NCBI GenBank assembly: GCA_963754015.1
Contig: CAVWEG010000009.1
Location: 46,083 to 110,082, forward strand
DNA: 64,000 nt
Direction: 5' to 3'
Source of the DNA: Candidatus Dormiibacterota bacterium
Lineage (GTDB): Bacteria; Chloroflexota; Dormibacteria; Aeolococcales; Aeolococcaceae
Of the stretch, positions 1 to 10,158 are shown piece after piece. Every line of letters begins with the position of its first letter. The first letter of the stretch is position 1. The notes below the pieces were generated by a model. That model was not told the DNA's origin and did no database searches. It saw only the letters and a program-made list of their open reading frames with translations. A program made the translations under genes and the position numbers.

Positions 1-8
1 GCGCCGGG

Positions 9-1553
9 GTGATCGCAGTGCTCATCTGCTTCATCGGCGGCGGCCTCGGGTTCATCGGCGTTTTTGCCGACGCCTGCACGAACCACGGCTTCACCGCCAC
101 GGAGTGCACGTTCCAGTACGTCGTCACGCACCCCGGCACCGGGCTTTCGATCATCGGCTGGACGCTCCATGACCTGCCCGGCACGATCGCCGCCCAACCT
201 CGCGCGTACGACGGTCTGCCGTCCGACGGCGGCACACCGCCGCTGCCGAATATGCAGTGGTACACGCCGCTCATGGCGTGGTGGCTCCCGCAGCGGACGC
301 TGCTCTTCGGCTTCGCGACGGCGCTCAGCGTGCTCCTGCTCGTCCTCTCCGGGGCTTCATCGGGCGGCAGAAGCTGGGAGGCGTTTGTCCTCGCAGGGGT
401 GCTCGTCGGCCTGCTGCCGATCGTTCATGTGCAAACGCTCATCGCGCTCACGATCCTGCTGTTCGTGCTGCTCTGGCGGCGGCGACGGCGAGAATGGCTG
501 GCGCTGGGGGCGGTCGCCGTGCTCATCGGAGGCGTCCGTCTGGCCCAGCTCGCGCTGACGGCCCACGGCTCGCCGGTGAATCCGTACGGCACGAATGTCT
601 ACCCATGGATCGAACCGGGGTGGCTGGCCAACGCGGGGACCACTGCCGACCCCAGCGGCCGCCTCGAGATGTCGATCGGCAACCTCGTCGGCGGGGCGAT
701 CCAGGCGATGGGCATGGTCGGGACGGCGCAGTGGTGGGGATTCTGGCTCGCCAACCTCGGGATCGCCGTGCCGCTCGTCGCCTTTGTCGGCCTGGCCCTG
801 CTCGCGCGCTGGGCCGGCGGCGAAGTGGGGCGCATCGGGCGGGCCGTCACTTCGGCGTTCCCGGTGCCGTTGCTGGAGCTCGCGCTCGGCGGGCTCATCA
901 TCTTTGCGGCGTGCAACCTCGTGGTCTTCCAGACGTGGAACTGGGACAACACCAAGCTGCTCGTCTACTGGTATCTCGTTATGGCGATGCTGATCGGGGC
1001 GCTGGCGGCGCACTGGTGGCGGCGGGTCTGGCCGCGCATCGCGGCGGTCGCGCTCGTCGGGCCGGTGCTGCTGACAGGGGCTTTGGTGGTCCTGCGGCTC
1101 CTGCCGTGGACGCCGCCCACTGATTCGATCACCGGCCCCTACACGATCGCCAACACCCAGGAGGTGCAACTGGCGTCGACACTCGAGAAGACGACGCCGA
1201 AGGGTGCAGTCTTCCTGACGTTCGGTCGTCCCAACGATCCGGTCCTCGCAGTTGCCGGGCGCATCGGGGTGATGGGCTACGGCGGCTGGCTCTGGAGCTA
1301 CGGCATCGACATCGGGACCCGCTACGCGGACGTGCAGGCGATGTATGGAGGCTGCACGAGTAACGGCGCTGCGTGCCCCGTCTTCGGGCTGCTGCGCAAG
1401 TACGACATCAGCTATGTGGAGATCGACGACCGGGTCAGGGATCCCGGCGCGGTCGATTCGCAGCCCGGATTCTCGTGGTGGGCGGACCAGGGCTTTCCGG
1501 TCGTGGCCCGTACCGATCACATCATCATCTACGACGTGCGTGGAAGAAGCTGA
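9..1553 (+). CDS. Multi-pass membrane protein, GT-C-like glycosyltransferase (probably 5'-truncated by the window edge)
   Basis: Many TM segments, a WxWDNTK loop and a soluble C-terminal domain (LLRKYDISYV); lies directly upstream of GT2 and mannosyltransferase genes. Confidence 0.6.
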   Translation: MIAVLICFIGGGLGFIGVFADACTNHGFTATECTFQYVVTHPGTGLSIIGWTLHDLPGTIAAQPRAYDGLPSDGGTPPLPNMQWYTPLMAWWLPQRTLLFGFATALSVLLLVLSGASSGGRSWEAFVLAGVLVGLLPIVHVQTLIALTILLFVLLWRRRRREWLALGAVAVLIGGVRLAQLALTAHGSPVNPYGTNVYPWIEPGWLANAGTTADPSGRLEMSIGNLVGGAIQAMGMVGTAQWWGFWLANLGIAVPLVAFVGLALLARWAGGEVGRIGRAVTSAFPVPLLELALGGLIIFAACNLVVFQTWNWDNTKLLVYWYLVMAMLIGALAAHWWRRVWPRIAAVALVGPVLLTGALVVLRLLPWTPPTDSITGPYTIANTQEVQLASTLEKTTPKGAVFLTFGRPNDPVLAVAGRIGVMGYGGWLWSYGIDIGTRYADVQAMYGGCTSNGAACPVFGLLRKYDISYVEIDDRVRDPGAVDSQPGFSWWADQGFPVVARTDHIIIYDVRGRS

Positions 1554-1554
1554 G

Positions 1555-2292
1555 GTGCCCGGTGAGTCCCTCGCGCCCGCACAGCCCTCCATCAGCGCGG
1601 TGCTCCCCGCGTACAACGAGGAGGCGGTGATCGCCGAGACCGTGCAGCGGACCGGCGACGCCATCGTGGAGCTGGGGATCACCGACTTCGAGATTCTCGT
1701 CATCGATGACGGGAGCAGTGATGCCACCGCAGAGCGTGCCGCGAGCGCCGCTGTGCCCGGCCGCCGCGTGCGAGTCGTGTCGCATCCACGCAATCGCGGC
1801 TACGGTGCGGCACTGCGCACGGGCTTCGACGCCGCGACGTGCGAGGCGGTGTTCCACATGGACAGCGACGGGCAGTTCGATCCTACCGAGATCTCGCGAT
1901 TGCTCGCGCTCTACGGCCCCGACAAGGTCGTGTCCGGATATCGCATCCGGCGCAACGACACGTTCGTGCGCCGCCTCTATCACAGTGCGTTCTTCAGCCT
2001 CGTGCGCATGCTCTTCGGACCGACGGTGCGCGACGTCAACTGTGCGTTCAAGCTCTTTCCACGCGCCGTCGGTCAGGGTTTGCATGCCGACGGAGCGCTC
2101 GTCTGCACCGAGTTGCTCGTGCGCGCGAAGCGCAGCGGATACCGGCTCATGGATGTCGGCGTGCACCACTACCCACGGACGACGGGACGCGCGACCGGCG
2201 CCAATGTCAGCGTCGTTGTGCGCGCATTCCGCGAACTCTGGCAGCTTCGCACCCATGAGGACCTGCTCGACGGGCTCGACCCGCCGGCGTGA
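1555..2292 (+). CDS. GT2 glycosyltransferase, polyprenol-phosphate sugar synthase (DPM1-like)
   Basis: VLPAYNEE, IDDGSSD, NRGYGAAL, MDSDGQF and DVNCAFKL motifs; GTG at 1555 follows the upstream stop. Confidence 0.9.
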   Translation: MPGESLAPAQPSISAVLPAYNEEAVIAETVQRTGDAIVELGITDFEILVIDDGSSDATAERAASAAVPGRRVRVVSHPRNRGYGAALRTGFDAATCEAVFHMDSDGQFDPTEISRLLALYGPDKVVSGYRIRRNDTFVRRLYHSAFFSLVRMLFGPTVRDVNCAFKLFPRAVGQGLHADGALVCTELLVRAKRSGYRLMDVGVHHYPRTTGRATGANVSVVVRAFRELWQLRTHEDLLDGLDPPA

Positions 2293-3398
2293 GCACGCGG
2301 GCCTCTGCGTCGCCGTGGGGGACCGCCGTCGCCGCGATGCTGGTGTCGCAACTCCTCTGGCTCGGTGTCTTCATCGCGGTGCTCGCGCTCGATTTTCCGG
2401 GGACGCCGTTGCTCACCGGGCTGCACGATCATCTGGATGCTTGGGACGCCGTCAGCTACCTGACGATCGCAGCCAACGGCTACCCGGCACACCTCAGCTA
2501 TATCGACGCGTTCCTGCCCGGCTTTCCGCTGCTCGTGCATGGGCTTGCGTTCATCACGCGCAACGACGTCACTGCAGCGTGGCTCGTCAACGCAGTCGCG
2601 GAGACGATCGGGCTCTGGTATGTCTACCGGCTGGTGCGCGCCGAGCGGGACCATGCGTCGGCCACGTTCTCGATGTGGCTACTCGCACTGGCGCCGACGG
2701 CGCTCTTTCTCATCGCGCCGTTCAGCGAGAGCTCATTCATCGCGGCCGCGGCAGCGAGCCTGTACTACGCGCGTGCCGGACAGTCGCGCAAGGCGATCAT
2801 CGCGGGCGCGCTGGCGTGCGCGTTCCGCCTCACGGGACTGGCGCTCATCCCCGCGCTTGGGATCGAGCAGTTGCGGCGCAGTGGATGGCGCCCGCGTCCG
2901 GACCTCCTGCTCGTCCTCGCGCTCGTGCTGCCGCTCGCGCTCTATTCGCTGTACATGCAGGTGCACATCGGTGATGGGCGCGCCCTGCTCGACGCCGACA
3001 GCTCGCCCTCCTTCGGCCTCCAGCCGACACCGCCATGGACCGGGTTCGCCGCGACCTGGCACACGCTCGTCAGCGCGACTGACGGAGAGACGCGCTCGAT
3101 CTTTGCGCGTGAGGTTGCCTTCGGGCTCCTCGGGCTGTTGCTCTGCTTCGGGATGTGGGCTTCGTCGCGAATCCCCCGATCCTTCGCGCTGTACTGCACC
3201 ATCGCCTGGTTGATGACCGCATCGCTGCCGTTCTGGCGCTCACAGCCTCGCTACATCCTCGCGCTGTTCCCCGCGGTGATTCTCGTCGCCGACCTCACCG
3301 CGCGATTTGCGCGTGCGCGGCTGGCGATCCTCGTGGTCAGCGGCGTGCTCATGTGCGCCGGGACGTGGATCTTCGCGCAGGGGCGGTGGCTCGGTTGA
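2289..3398 (+). CDS. GT-C mannosyltransferase (PIG-V-like)
   Basis: WDAVSYLTIAANGY, AFLPGFP, FSES and RY motifs; multi-TM; GTGA overlap with GT2. Confidence 0.8.
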   Translation: MSTRASASPWGTAVAAMLVSQLLWLGVFIAVLALDFPGTPLLTGLHDHLDAWDAVSYLTIAANGYPAHLSYIDAFLPGFPLLVHGLAFITRNDVTAAWLVNAVAETIGLWYVYRLVRAERDHASATFSMWLLALAPTALFLIAPFSESSFIAAAAASLYYARAGQSRKAIIAGALACAFRLTGLALIPALGIEQLRRSGWRPRPDLLLVLALVLPLALYSLYMQVHIGDGRALLDADSSPSFGLQPTPPWTGFAATWHTLVSATDGETRSIFAREVAFGLLGLLLCFGMWASSRIPRSFALYCTIAWLMTASLPFWRSQPRYILALFPAVILVADLTARFARARLAILVVSGVLMCAGTWIFAQGRWLG

Positions 3399-4225
3399 TC
3401 GTCGACAGCCACGTCCACATCCTCCCGGCGAGCATGCGTGACGCGCGCGATGAGCTCGCCGGCCTCGACCCCTGGTTCGACGTGTGTCACCGCGGCGGCC
3501 GCGTGATCCTCACGGTCGAAGAGCTGCTGTCGACGATGGACGCGACCGGCATCGACCGGTCGGTGTGCTTCGGGTGGCCGTTTGCCGATCTGCGGCATTG
3601 CGCAGAGGTGAACGACCACCTCATCGCGGTGCAGCGAGCGCATCCCGACCGGCTCACGTGCCTCGCGACGGTGAGCCCCTCTCGGCCCGGCGCAACAGAC
3701 GAGCTGCGTCGATGCGCCGGCGAGGGACTGCGCGGCGTCGGCGAGCTCAACGCCGACGCGCAGGGCTTCGACCTCGATGGTGCGGACATCGACGCCGTGG
3801 GGGAACTGTGCGCCGACCTCGAGATCCCGCTGGTGCTGCACTGCAGCGAACCGGTCGGGCACGACTATCCGGGCAAGGGGACCGCAACGCCGGGCTTGGT
3901 GGCCGGCTTCGCGATGCGCAACCCCGAACTTCACCTTGTCTGTGCTCATCTCGGCGGCGGACTCCCGTTCTACGCGCACATGCCCGAGGTCGCCGCACTC
4001 TGCCGCCGCCTCTGGTTCGACACCGCCGCCGGGCCGTTCCTCTACGCACCGACGGCATACCGAGCGGTGGCCGATCTGTGCGGCGCGGACCGACTGCTCT
4101 TTGGCTCGGATCACCCGCTGCTGCCCGCGCGCCGCTACATCGACGCCTTCGCGCAAGCCGAGCTGACCGTCGCCGAGCGCGCGCTCGTGATGGGTGAGAA
4201 CGCTGCCCGGCTCTTTGCTCTGTGA
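3395..4225 (+). CDS. Amidohydrolase family protein (Amidohydro_2)
   Basis: DSHVH, GVGE, LHC, AHLGG and FGSDHP motifs; TTGA overlap with the upstream stop. Confidence 0.85.
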   Translation: MIVDSHVHILPASMRDARDELAGLDPWFDVCHRGGRVILTVEELLSTMDATGIDRSVCFGWPFADLRHCAEVNDHLIAVQRAHPDRLTCLATVSPSRPGATDELRRCAGEGLRGVGELNADAQGFDLDGADIDAVGELCADLEIPLVLHCSEPVGHDYPGKGTATPGLVAGFAMRNPELHLVCAHLGGGLPFYAHMPEVAALCRRLWFDTAAGPFLYAPTAYRAVADLCGADRLLFGSDHPLLPARRYIDAFAQAELTVAERALVMGENAARLFAL

Positions 4226-4228
4226 CAC

Positions 4229-4454
4229 CGTGCCCCTCCCGTTACACATCTGTATCGCAGCATCGGAGCGTACGTTCAGAGCGTTTGGCACACTCTTCCT
4301 GGGCGGAGACGCCGGCGCCCGCCAGCCGGTCCTTCGCCTCTTTTGTGACCAGGATTGGGGGCTTCGGCCCCCGGTCCGTGGTCGCACCGACGCCCCGATG
4401 AGGGTCTGGGAGGGCCGCGATCGCGAGACCGGCACCTCCATATGCCGGTTTCGC
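4229..4454 (+). ncRNA. Candidate structured RNA or leader (unassigned)
   Basis: Five stems: 4229-4240/4408-4419, 4261-4271/4390-4400, 4301-4339, 4345-4385 (cUUCGg loop) and 4423-4454; G-U pairs favour the + strand. Confidence 0.4.
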
Positions 4455-4467
4455 ACACTGTGCCGCA

Positions 4468-5769
4468 ATGTTCACGCCTGAAACCCTCGACGTCGTCATG
4501 GTGTCCTTCGAAGGACCCGACCAGTACAGCCAGGCCGGTGGCCTCGGCGTGCGCGCTCGCGAGATGTGCCGCGCCTTTGCAGCGCTCGGCTTTCGCACCA
4601 CGCTCGTCTTCGTCGGCGATCCCGACAAGCCCGGAATCGAGATGGACCAAGGCGTCCAGCTCGTGCGCTGGTGTCAGCAGATCAGCGCCCGCTACCGCAA
4701 CGGCGTCTACGAAGGTGAGCTCGCGAAGATCCGCGACCTCACGGCGACACTGCCCGAGAAGCTGATCGACGTCGTCATCAGGCCGGCAGCCGAGGCGGGT
4801 CGCACCGTTGCCGTGCTCTGCGAGGAGTGGCACACCGCCTGGTTCTGCAAGGCACTGAGCGACCAGCTCTTCGCGCGCGACCTGCGCCAGCACGCAGTCT
4901 TGCTCTGGAACGCCAACAACACGTTCGGATTCGAGGCGATCGACTGGCCGATCCTCGACTTCGTCGCAGCGATCACGACGGTCAGCAAATACATGAAGCA
5001 CCTCATGTGGCCGTTCAACGTCAACCCGGTGGTCATTCCCAACGGTATTCCGGAGGGAGCGCTCGCACCGGTCGACATGTCTGCGGCGAGGGCGATCCGG
5101 GCCGCAGCCGGAACACCATGCCTGGCGTTCAAGATCGGCCGCTTCAGCCCTGACAAACGCTGGACACAAGCGATCGCGGCGCTTGCCGAGGTGCGTTCCG
5201 AAGGTCTGCCCGCGCGGATGCTCATCCGCGGTGGCATGGAGCCATATGGCGGCACCGTGCTCTCGTTCGCCGCCGAGCGCGGGCTCGTCGTGACCGACTG
5301 GCACGAGCCCGTTGAAGATGCGGGTGGCATCGTGCGTGCGCTGACAGAAACCGACGGAGCGCCGATCGTGCACCTGCGCCGTTTTCTCCCCGATCAGGTC
5401 ATCACCGAGATCAGCGTTGCCGCGACCGCGGTGCTCGCCAACTCCGGACACGAGCCGTTCGGTCTCGTCGGTCTCGAGGCGATGGCGGCTGGCGGGATCG
5501 CGATGGTCGGCGCGACCGGCGAGGAGTACGCCCGCCCATACGGCAACGCGATCGTTGTTGAGACCGACGATCCGGCGGAGATGGCGAGCGCGTTGCACGG
5601 TCTTGTCGAGCAGCCCGCGCTCGGCGAACGTCTTCGTGTGGCGGCTAGACGCGATGCCGCGGACTTCGCCTGGCCGCTCGTGATCGCGGGGCTCCTCGAG
5701 CGTTTGCGATTCATGTGCCTGCACCAGCGTGTGGTGCTACCAACGGCGGTATCAACTCGGCGAACGTGA
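4468..5769 (+). CDS. GT4 (GT-B) glycosyltransferase
   Basis: AGGLG, VIPNGI, GRFSPDK and EPFGLVGLEAMAAG motifs. Confidence 0.88.
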   Translation: MFTPETLDVVMVSFEGPDQYSQAGGLGVRAREMCRAFAALGFRTTLVFVGDPDKPGIEMDQGVQLVRWCQQISARYRNGVYEGELAKIRDLTATLPEKLIDVVIRPAAEAGRTVAVLCEEWHTAWFCKALSDQLFARDLRQHAVLLWNANNTFGFEAIDWPILDFVAAITTVSKYMKHLMWPFNVNPVVIPNGIPEGALAPVDMSAARAIRAAAGTPCLAFKIGRFSPDKRWTQAIAALAEVRSEGLPARMLIRGGMEPYGGTVLSFAAERGLVVTDWHEPVEDAGGIVRALTETDGAPIVHLRRFLPDQVITEISVAATAVLANSGHEPFGLVGLEAMAAGGIAMVGATGEEYARPYGNAIVVETDDPAEMASALHGLVEQPALGERLRVAARRDAADFAWPLVIAGLLERLRFMCLHQRVVLPTAVSTRRT

Positions 5770-5827
5770 AAATCGGCCCTGCGCCATATGATCTGACCAT
5801 CGGGCGGGTACCCGAGGAGGTGGACTG

Positions 5828-8341
5828 GTGAAGGCAGTGGTCATGGCAGGAGGCGAAGGTGCACGTCTGCGCCCGCTCACCAGCCGCATGCCCAAGCCGC
5901 TCGTGCCGGTGTTGGGCACGCCCGTTCTCGAGCATATCCTTCGCCTGCTGCGCGAGCACGGCATCACGCAGGTGGTGGTGACGCTCGCCTACCTTGGCGC
6001 GGAGATTCGCAACCGCCTCGGTGACGGTGCCGACCTCGACATGGAGATCGAGTACGTCGTCGAGGACCGGCCGCTCGGGACTGCGGGGAGCGTGCGCAAC
6101 GCGGCGCACCTGCTCGATGACACATTCCTCGTCATCAGCGGTGATGCGCTCACCGATATCGATTTAACGAAGGTGATGACTGCGCACAAGGAGCGCGGCT
6201 CGCACGCGACGATCGTGCTGCACTCGGTCCCGAATCCGCTCGAATACGGCGTGGTGGTGACCGACGACGAGGGCAACATCAAGCGCTTTCTCGAGAAGCC
6301 GTCGTGGGGCGAGGTCTTCAGTGATCACGCCAACACCGGCATCTACGTCATCGAGCCGAAGGTCCTCGATCACATCAAGGCCGACACCAACGCCGACTGG
6401 TCGCAGGACGTGTTTCCGACGATGCTCCGCCGTCACGAGCCGCTTCACGGCATCGTGGTCGACGACTACTGGACGGACATCGGCTCGATCCAGTCGTATC
6501 TGCAGGCGAACTGGGATGCGCTCGACGGCAAGGTGCGGTGCCACATCCCAGGGCGTCGCGAGGGCAACGTGTGGATGGGGGAGGGCGTTGAGATCGGCAT
6601 CGGCGTACAGCTCGACGGTCCGGCGTGGATCGGCGACGAGGTGAAGCTCAAGGCCGGCGCGATCCTCAACGAGCACGCGGTCATCGACAAGTACAGCGTC
6701 GTCGACGACAACACGAAGATCAGCAACAGCATCGTGTGGCCGCACTCGTACATCGGCGAGCGAGCGAGGCTGCGGCAGGCAATCGTCTGTCGCAACGTCA
6801 CGGTCAAGAACGACTGTCTCCTCGAGGAGAACTCTGTGGTCGCGGACGAATGCGTCCTCGGCAAGGGCGTGCAGGTGCGCGCCGGCGTCAAGATCTGGCC
6901 GAGCAAGAGTGTTGAGCCGGGTTCGACGGTGAACGATTCGATCATCTGGGCGGGCGAATGGCGCCAGGGACTCTTCTCGTCGTACGGACTCGGTGGCCTC
7001 ATCAACGTCGAGCTGACACCGGAGTTCTGCGCGCGGCTCGGTGCTGCGTTCTGTGCCACGCTGCCCAAGGGGGCGTGTGTGGTGGTCGGACGGGATCACG
7101 CGCGCTCCTCGCGAATGATCAAGCGCGCAATCGTGTCCGGCATCGTCAGCGCGGGCGGCAAGGCAAGAGACGTGCGCGAGTTGCCGGTCGCAGTGACGCA
7201 GTTCGCGACGCTCGACAGCGACTGCTCGGCAGGCATTCACGTGCTCGTGTCGCCGCTCGATCAGCGCAGCGCCGACATCCGCTTCTTCGACACCGAAGGG
7301 CTGCAGATCGACAAGCGCGACGAGCGCAAGCTCGAGAACCTCTTGTTCCGTGAGGACTTCCGGCGTGCGGCCTTCTACGAGATGGGTGACATCGAGTACG
7401 CCGAGCCGATCGCCGACTATGTTGCGCACCTGCTCAAGACTGTCAATGCGGAACTGATCAGCAAGGCCGGTTTCCGCGTGCTCATCGACTACGACTACAG
7501 CGATGCGTCAGCGGTGCTGCCGTCGATCCTCAACCGGCTCGGCGTCACGACGATCCCCCTCAACGCGGGACTGCGCGAGGGCGCGCACCACCAGAGGGTG
7601 CCCGACGAGACCGCTTTGATCAGCAAGACGGTGCACGCAGACATCGGGTGCCTGATCAGCCCGACGGGGGAGCGGATCACGCTCATCGATGACACCGGCG
7701 TGGTGCTCGATGTGCACGAGAGCTTCGGCATTCTCGCGTCGTGGTGGTTGCGCTCGAATCCCGGGACCGTGCTCGCGCCGGCTGCGACGCCGATGTGGAT
7801 CAGCGATCTCGTGAACAAGGGTGGCGGAACATTCACGTCGACACCCGGTGATCCGGCCTCAGTGCTGCGTGCGTCTTCGAACTCCGGAGCGATCCTTGCG
7901 TCGGACGGCGAAGGCGGCTACGTGTGGCCCGGTCATCTCGGCGCCTTCGATGCGATGTACACACTGGTGAAGTTGCTCGAGTTGCGTGCGCTCGTGGGGA
8001 TCCCGCTGAGCGAGGCGCGCGCTGCGCTGCCGCATCTCGCATATGTCACTGCGACTGAGTTCTGTCCGTGGGAGGTGAAGGGGCGCGTGATGCGCATCCT
8101 CCTCGATCGGCATCGGACTGATTCGGTGGATCTCGTCGACGGGATCAAGGTGTATGTCGACGGGGGCTTTGTGCTGGTGCGGCCGGATCCTGACGAGCCT
8201 GCGTATCACGTGGTGGCGAGCGTTGCCGATCCCGAGCGCGGACGTGAGTTGGTAGACGAGTACCTGGAGCAGGTGCGCGAAGCGGAAGGGTCCAACGGCG
8301 TGCACGCGGTTGTCGAGGCGATTTCCGCGGGGACCGAATAG
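5828..8341 (+). CDS. Mannose-1-phosphate guanylyltransferase / phosphomannomutase-like fusion
   Basis: [21 protein letters not shown], a left-handed beta-helix region, then PGM/PMM-like domains; SD GAGGAGG. Confidence 0.9.
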   Translation: MKAVVMAGGEGARLRPLTSRMPKPLVPVLGTPVLEHILRLLREHGITQVVVTLAYLGAEIRNRLGDGADLDMEIEYVVEDRPLGTAGSVRNAAHLLDDTFLVISGDALTDIDLTKVMTAHKERGSHATIVLHSVPNPLEYGVVVTDDEGNIKRFLEKPSWGEVFSDHANTGIYVIEPKVLDHIKADTNADWSQDVFPTMLRRHEPLHGIVVDDYWTDIGSIQSYLQANWDALDGKVRCHIPGRREGNVWMGEGVEIGIGVQLDGPAWIGDEVKLKAGAILNEHAVIDKYSVVDDNTKISNSIVWPHSYIGERARLRQAIVCRNVTVKNDCLLEENSVVADECVLGKGVQVRAGVKIWPSKSVEPGSTVNDSIIWAGEWRQGLFSSYGLGGLINVELTPEFCARLGAAFCATLPKGACVVVGRDHARSSRMIKRAIVSGIVSAGGKARDVRELPVAVTQFATLDSDCSAGIHVLVSPLDQRSADIRFFDTEGLQIDKRDERKLENLLFREDFRRAAFYEMGDIEYAEPIADYVAHLLKTVNAELISKAGFRVLIDYDYSDASAVLPSILNRLGVTTIPLNAGLREGAHHQRVPDETALISKTVHADIGCLISPTGERITLIDDTGVVLDVHESFGILASWWLRSNPGTVLAPAATPMWISDLVNKGGGTFTSTPGDPASVLRASSNSGAILASDGEGGYVWPGHLGAFDAMYTLVKLLELRALVGIPLSEARAALPHLAYVTATEFCPWEVKGRVMRILLDRHRTDSVDLVDGIKVYVDGGFVLVRPDPDEPAYHVVASVADPERGRELVDEYLEQVREAEGSNGVHAVVEAISAGTE

Positions 8342-8361
8342 TTCGCGTCAGAACTCCGTTT

Positions 8362-8790
8362 GTGGCTCCTGCATGCCGTCCCTATCAGCCAGTCGACGCT
8401 GAGCCCCTGGTATCTCTCTGGACCCTCTGCGGGCTCACTCGCCCGTGGAATGACGCCCATCGGGATATCGATCGCAAGCTCGCGATCGACGCAGGCGGTC
8501 TCCTGGTCTTTGAGGAGGACGGCCAATTGATCGGCGCTGTCATGGTCGGTTACGAGGGGCACCGCGGGTGGATCAACTACCTGGCGGTCCACCCGGACCA
8601 TCGGCGCGGCGGCCTGGGTCGACTCTTGATGGCAGCTGCGGAGAAGCGACTGGTCGACCTCGGCTGCCCGAAGGTGAACCTGCAGGTCCGCGCCTCAAAT
8701 CTGGCGGCGGTCGAGTTCTATCGCCGCATCGGCTACGCCACTGAGGACGTGGTGAGCATGGGACGGCGTCTCGAAGCCGACAGCGGCTGA
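8362..8790 (+). CDS. GNAT acetyltransferase (YpeA-like)
   Basis: MVGYEGHRGWINYLAV, RRGGLGRLL and GCPKVNLQVR motifs. Confidence 0.88.
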   Translation: MAPACRPYQPVDAEPLVSLWTLCGLTRPWNDAHRDIDRKLAIDAGGLLVFEEDGQLIGAVMVGYEGHRGWINYLAVHPDHRRGGLGRLLMAAAEKRLVDLGCPKVNLQVRASNLAAVEFYRRIGYATEDVVSMGRRLEADSG

Positions 8791-8803
8791 GCGCCGACAA
8801 CGA

Positions 8804-9097
8804 CTATGGCGTCGGCGGGGCGGTGGAGTCGGAGGCGCTGGTGGCGCCAGCACCCACTGATGCGAGTGCCCGGAATGTTTCGCCGCTGACCTTCGCGGGC
8901 TGCCAAACGCCGCGATTGTCCATGTATTCGACGATCACGCCATCGGCGTCCGTTGACAGCTCTGCCACATTCGGCGAGTGACTCATTCCTGCCGACATGG
9001 GTCCAGCGTCGGACGGGAGTTTGACGCGGCCGTCGCGGAAGAGTTCGAGTGCGTGCTCGCGCTGAAACCAGCGTATCGGCGCCGCCTCGCGCTCCAT
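8804..9097 (-). CDS. Small hypothetical protein
   Basis: 97-aa ORF filling the gap; TAAGAT lies 6 nt before the ATG (leaderless layout). Confidence 0.6.
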   Translation of the reverse strand: MEREAAPIRWFQREHALELFRDGRVKLPSDAGPMSAGMSHSPNVAELSTDADGVIVEYMDNRGVWQPAKVSGETFRALASVGAGATSASDSTAPPTP

Positions 9098-9141
9098 AAC
9101 CGAATCTTAACAATTCGGGCCTTTGAACCTGGTCTCGGGGT

Positions 9142-10158
9142 CTACAGCGCTTTGAGTACCAGTGCAAACACCGCAGCCATCGCTGCTGTCGCCGGGATCG
9201 TCAGCAGCCAGGCAACAAGGATGTTGCGGGCGACACCCCAGCGCACGGCACCCAACCTCCGAGTGGCGCCGGCGCCCATGACCGCGCCCGAGACAACATG
9301 GGTCGTGCTGACCGGCAGCGCGAGTTGCGTCGCCCCCTGGATGACGACCGCCGCCATTGTCTGGGCACAAAACCCATCCACGGGCTCAAGCCTCACCACT
9401 TTCGTGCCCAGCGTCCGGATGATCCGCCAACCACCCGCATATGTGCCGAGCCCGATGGCTGTTGCCGCCAGCAGCACCACCCAGAGCGGTGGCGAGGGAA
9501 ACACCGTTCCAGTCGCACTGAGGGCACCGGCGCTCACCAGGGCCAGTGTGATCACCCCCATTGTTTTCTGCGCATCGTTGGCGCCATGGGAGAACGAGAC
9601 AAACGCGCCGGACACGACCTGGGCTATTCGGAATCGCCGATTCATCGGACTCGGCTGCGCATGCCGGAAAACATCGAGGACGGCGACGGTAAAGAGGTAC
9701 GACAGAACGAGTTCGATGACCGGGGAAGCGACCAGGGCGATCACGACCGGCGCAAGGGAGCCCCACTTGACGGCATCCACCCCGTAGCCGACGAGACCCA
9801 TCCCGACAAGCGCTCCGATAAGCGCGTGCGAGGAACTCGACGGCAATCCGAGGCGCCAGGTGACCAGATTCCACGCGATCGCGCCGACGAGAGCCGCGAT
9901 GATCAAGCTCAGCGATATGCCGCCTTTCGGCGAGACCAAACCGCCGATAGTATTGGCGACGTGCGTGTGCAAGACCTCGATGGCGACGAGCGCCCCGACG
10001 AGGTTGAAGACCGCTGAAAGCGCAACGGCAGCCCGAGGCCCGAGTGCGCGCGTGCTGATGGACGTAGCGACGGCGTTTGCAGTGTCGTGGAACCCATTGG
10101 TGAAGTCGAAGCCCAGCGCGATAAGGATGGTGAGGACGAGGAGAGCGTCAACTCCCAT
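9142..10158 (-). CDS. pit: PiT-family inorganic phosphate transporter
   Basis: NGFHDTANAVAT, LPSSSSH, HGANDAQK and PVSTTH signatures. Confidence 0.93.
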   Translation of the reverse strand: MGVDALLVLTILIALGFDFTNGFHDTANAVATSISTRALGPRAAVALSAVFNLVGALVAIEVLHTHVANTIGGLVSPKGGISLSLIIAALVGAIAWNLVTWRLGLPSSSSHALIGALVGMGLVGYGVDAVKWGSLAPVVIALVASPVIELVLSYLFTVAVLDVFRHAQPSPMNRRFRIAQVVSGAFVSFSHGANDAQKTMGVITLALVSAGALSATGTVFPSPPLWVVLLAATAIGLGTYAGGWRIIRTLGTKVVRLEPVDGFCAQTMAAVVIQGATQLALPVSTTHVVSGAVMGAGATRRLGAVRWGVARNILVAWLLTIPATAAMAAVFALVLKAL

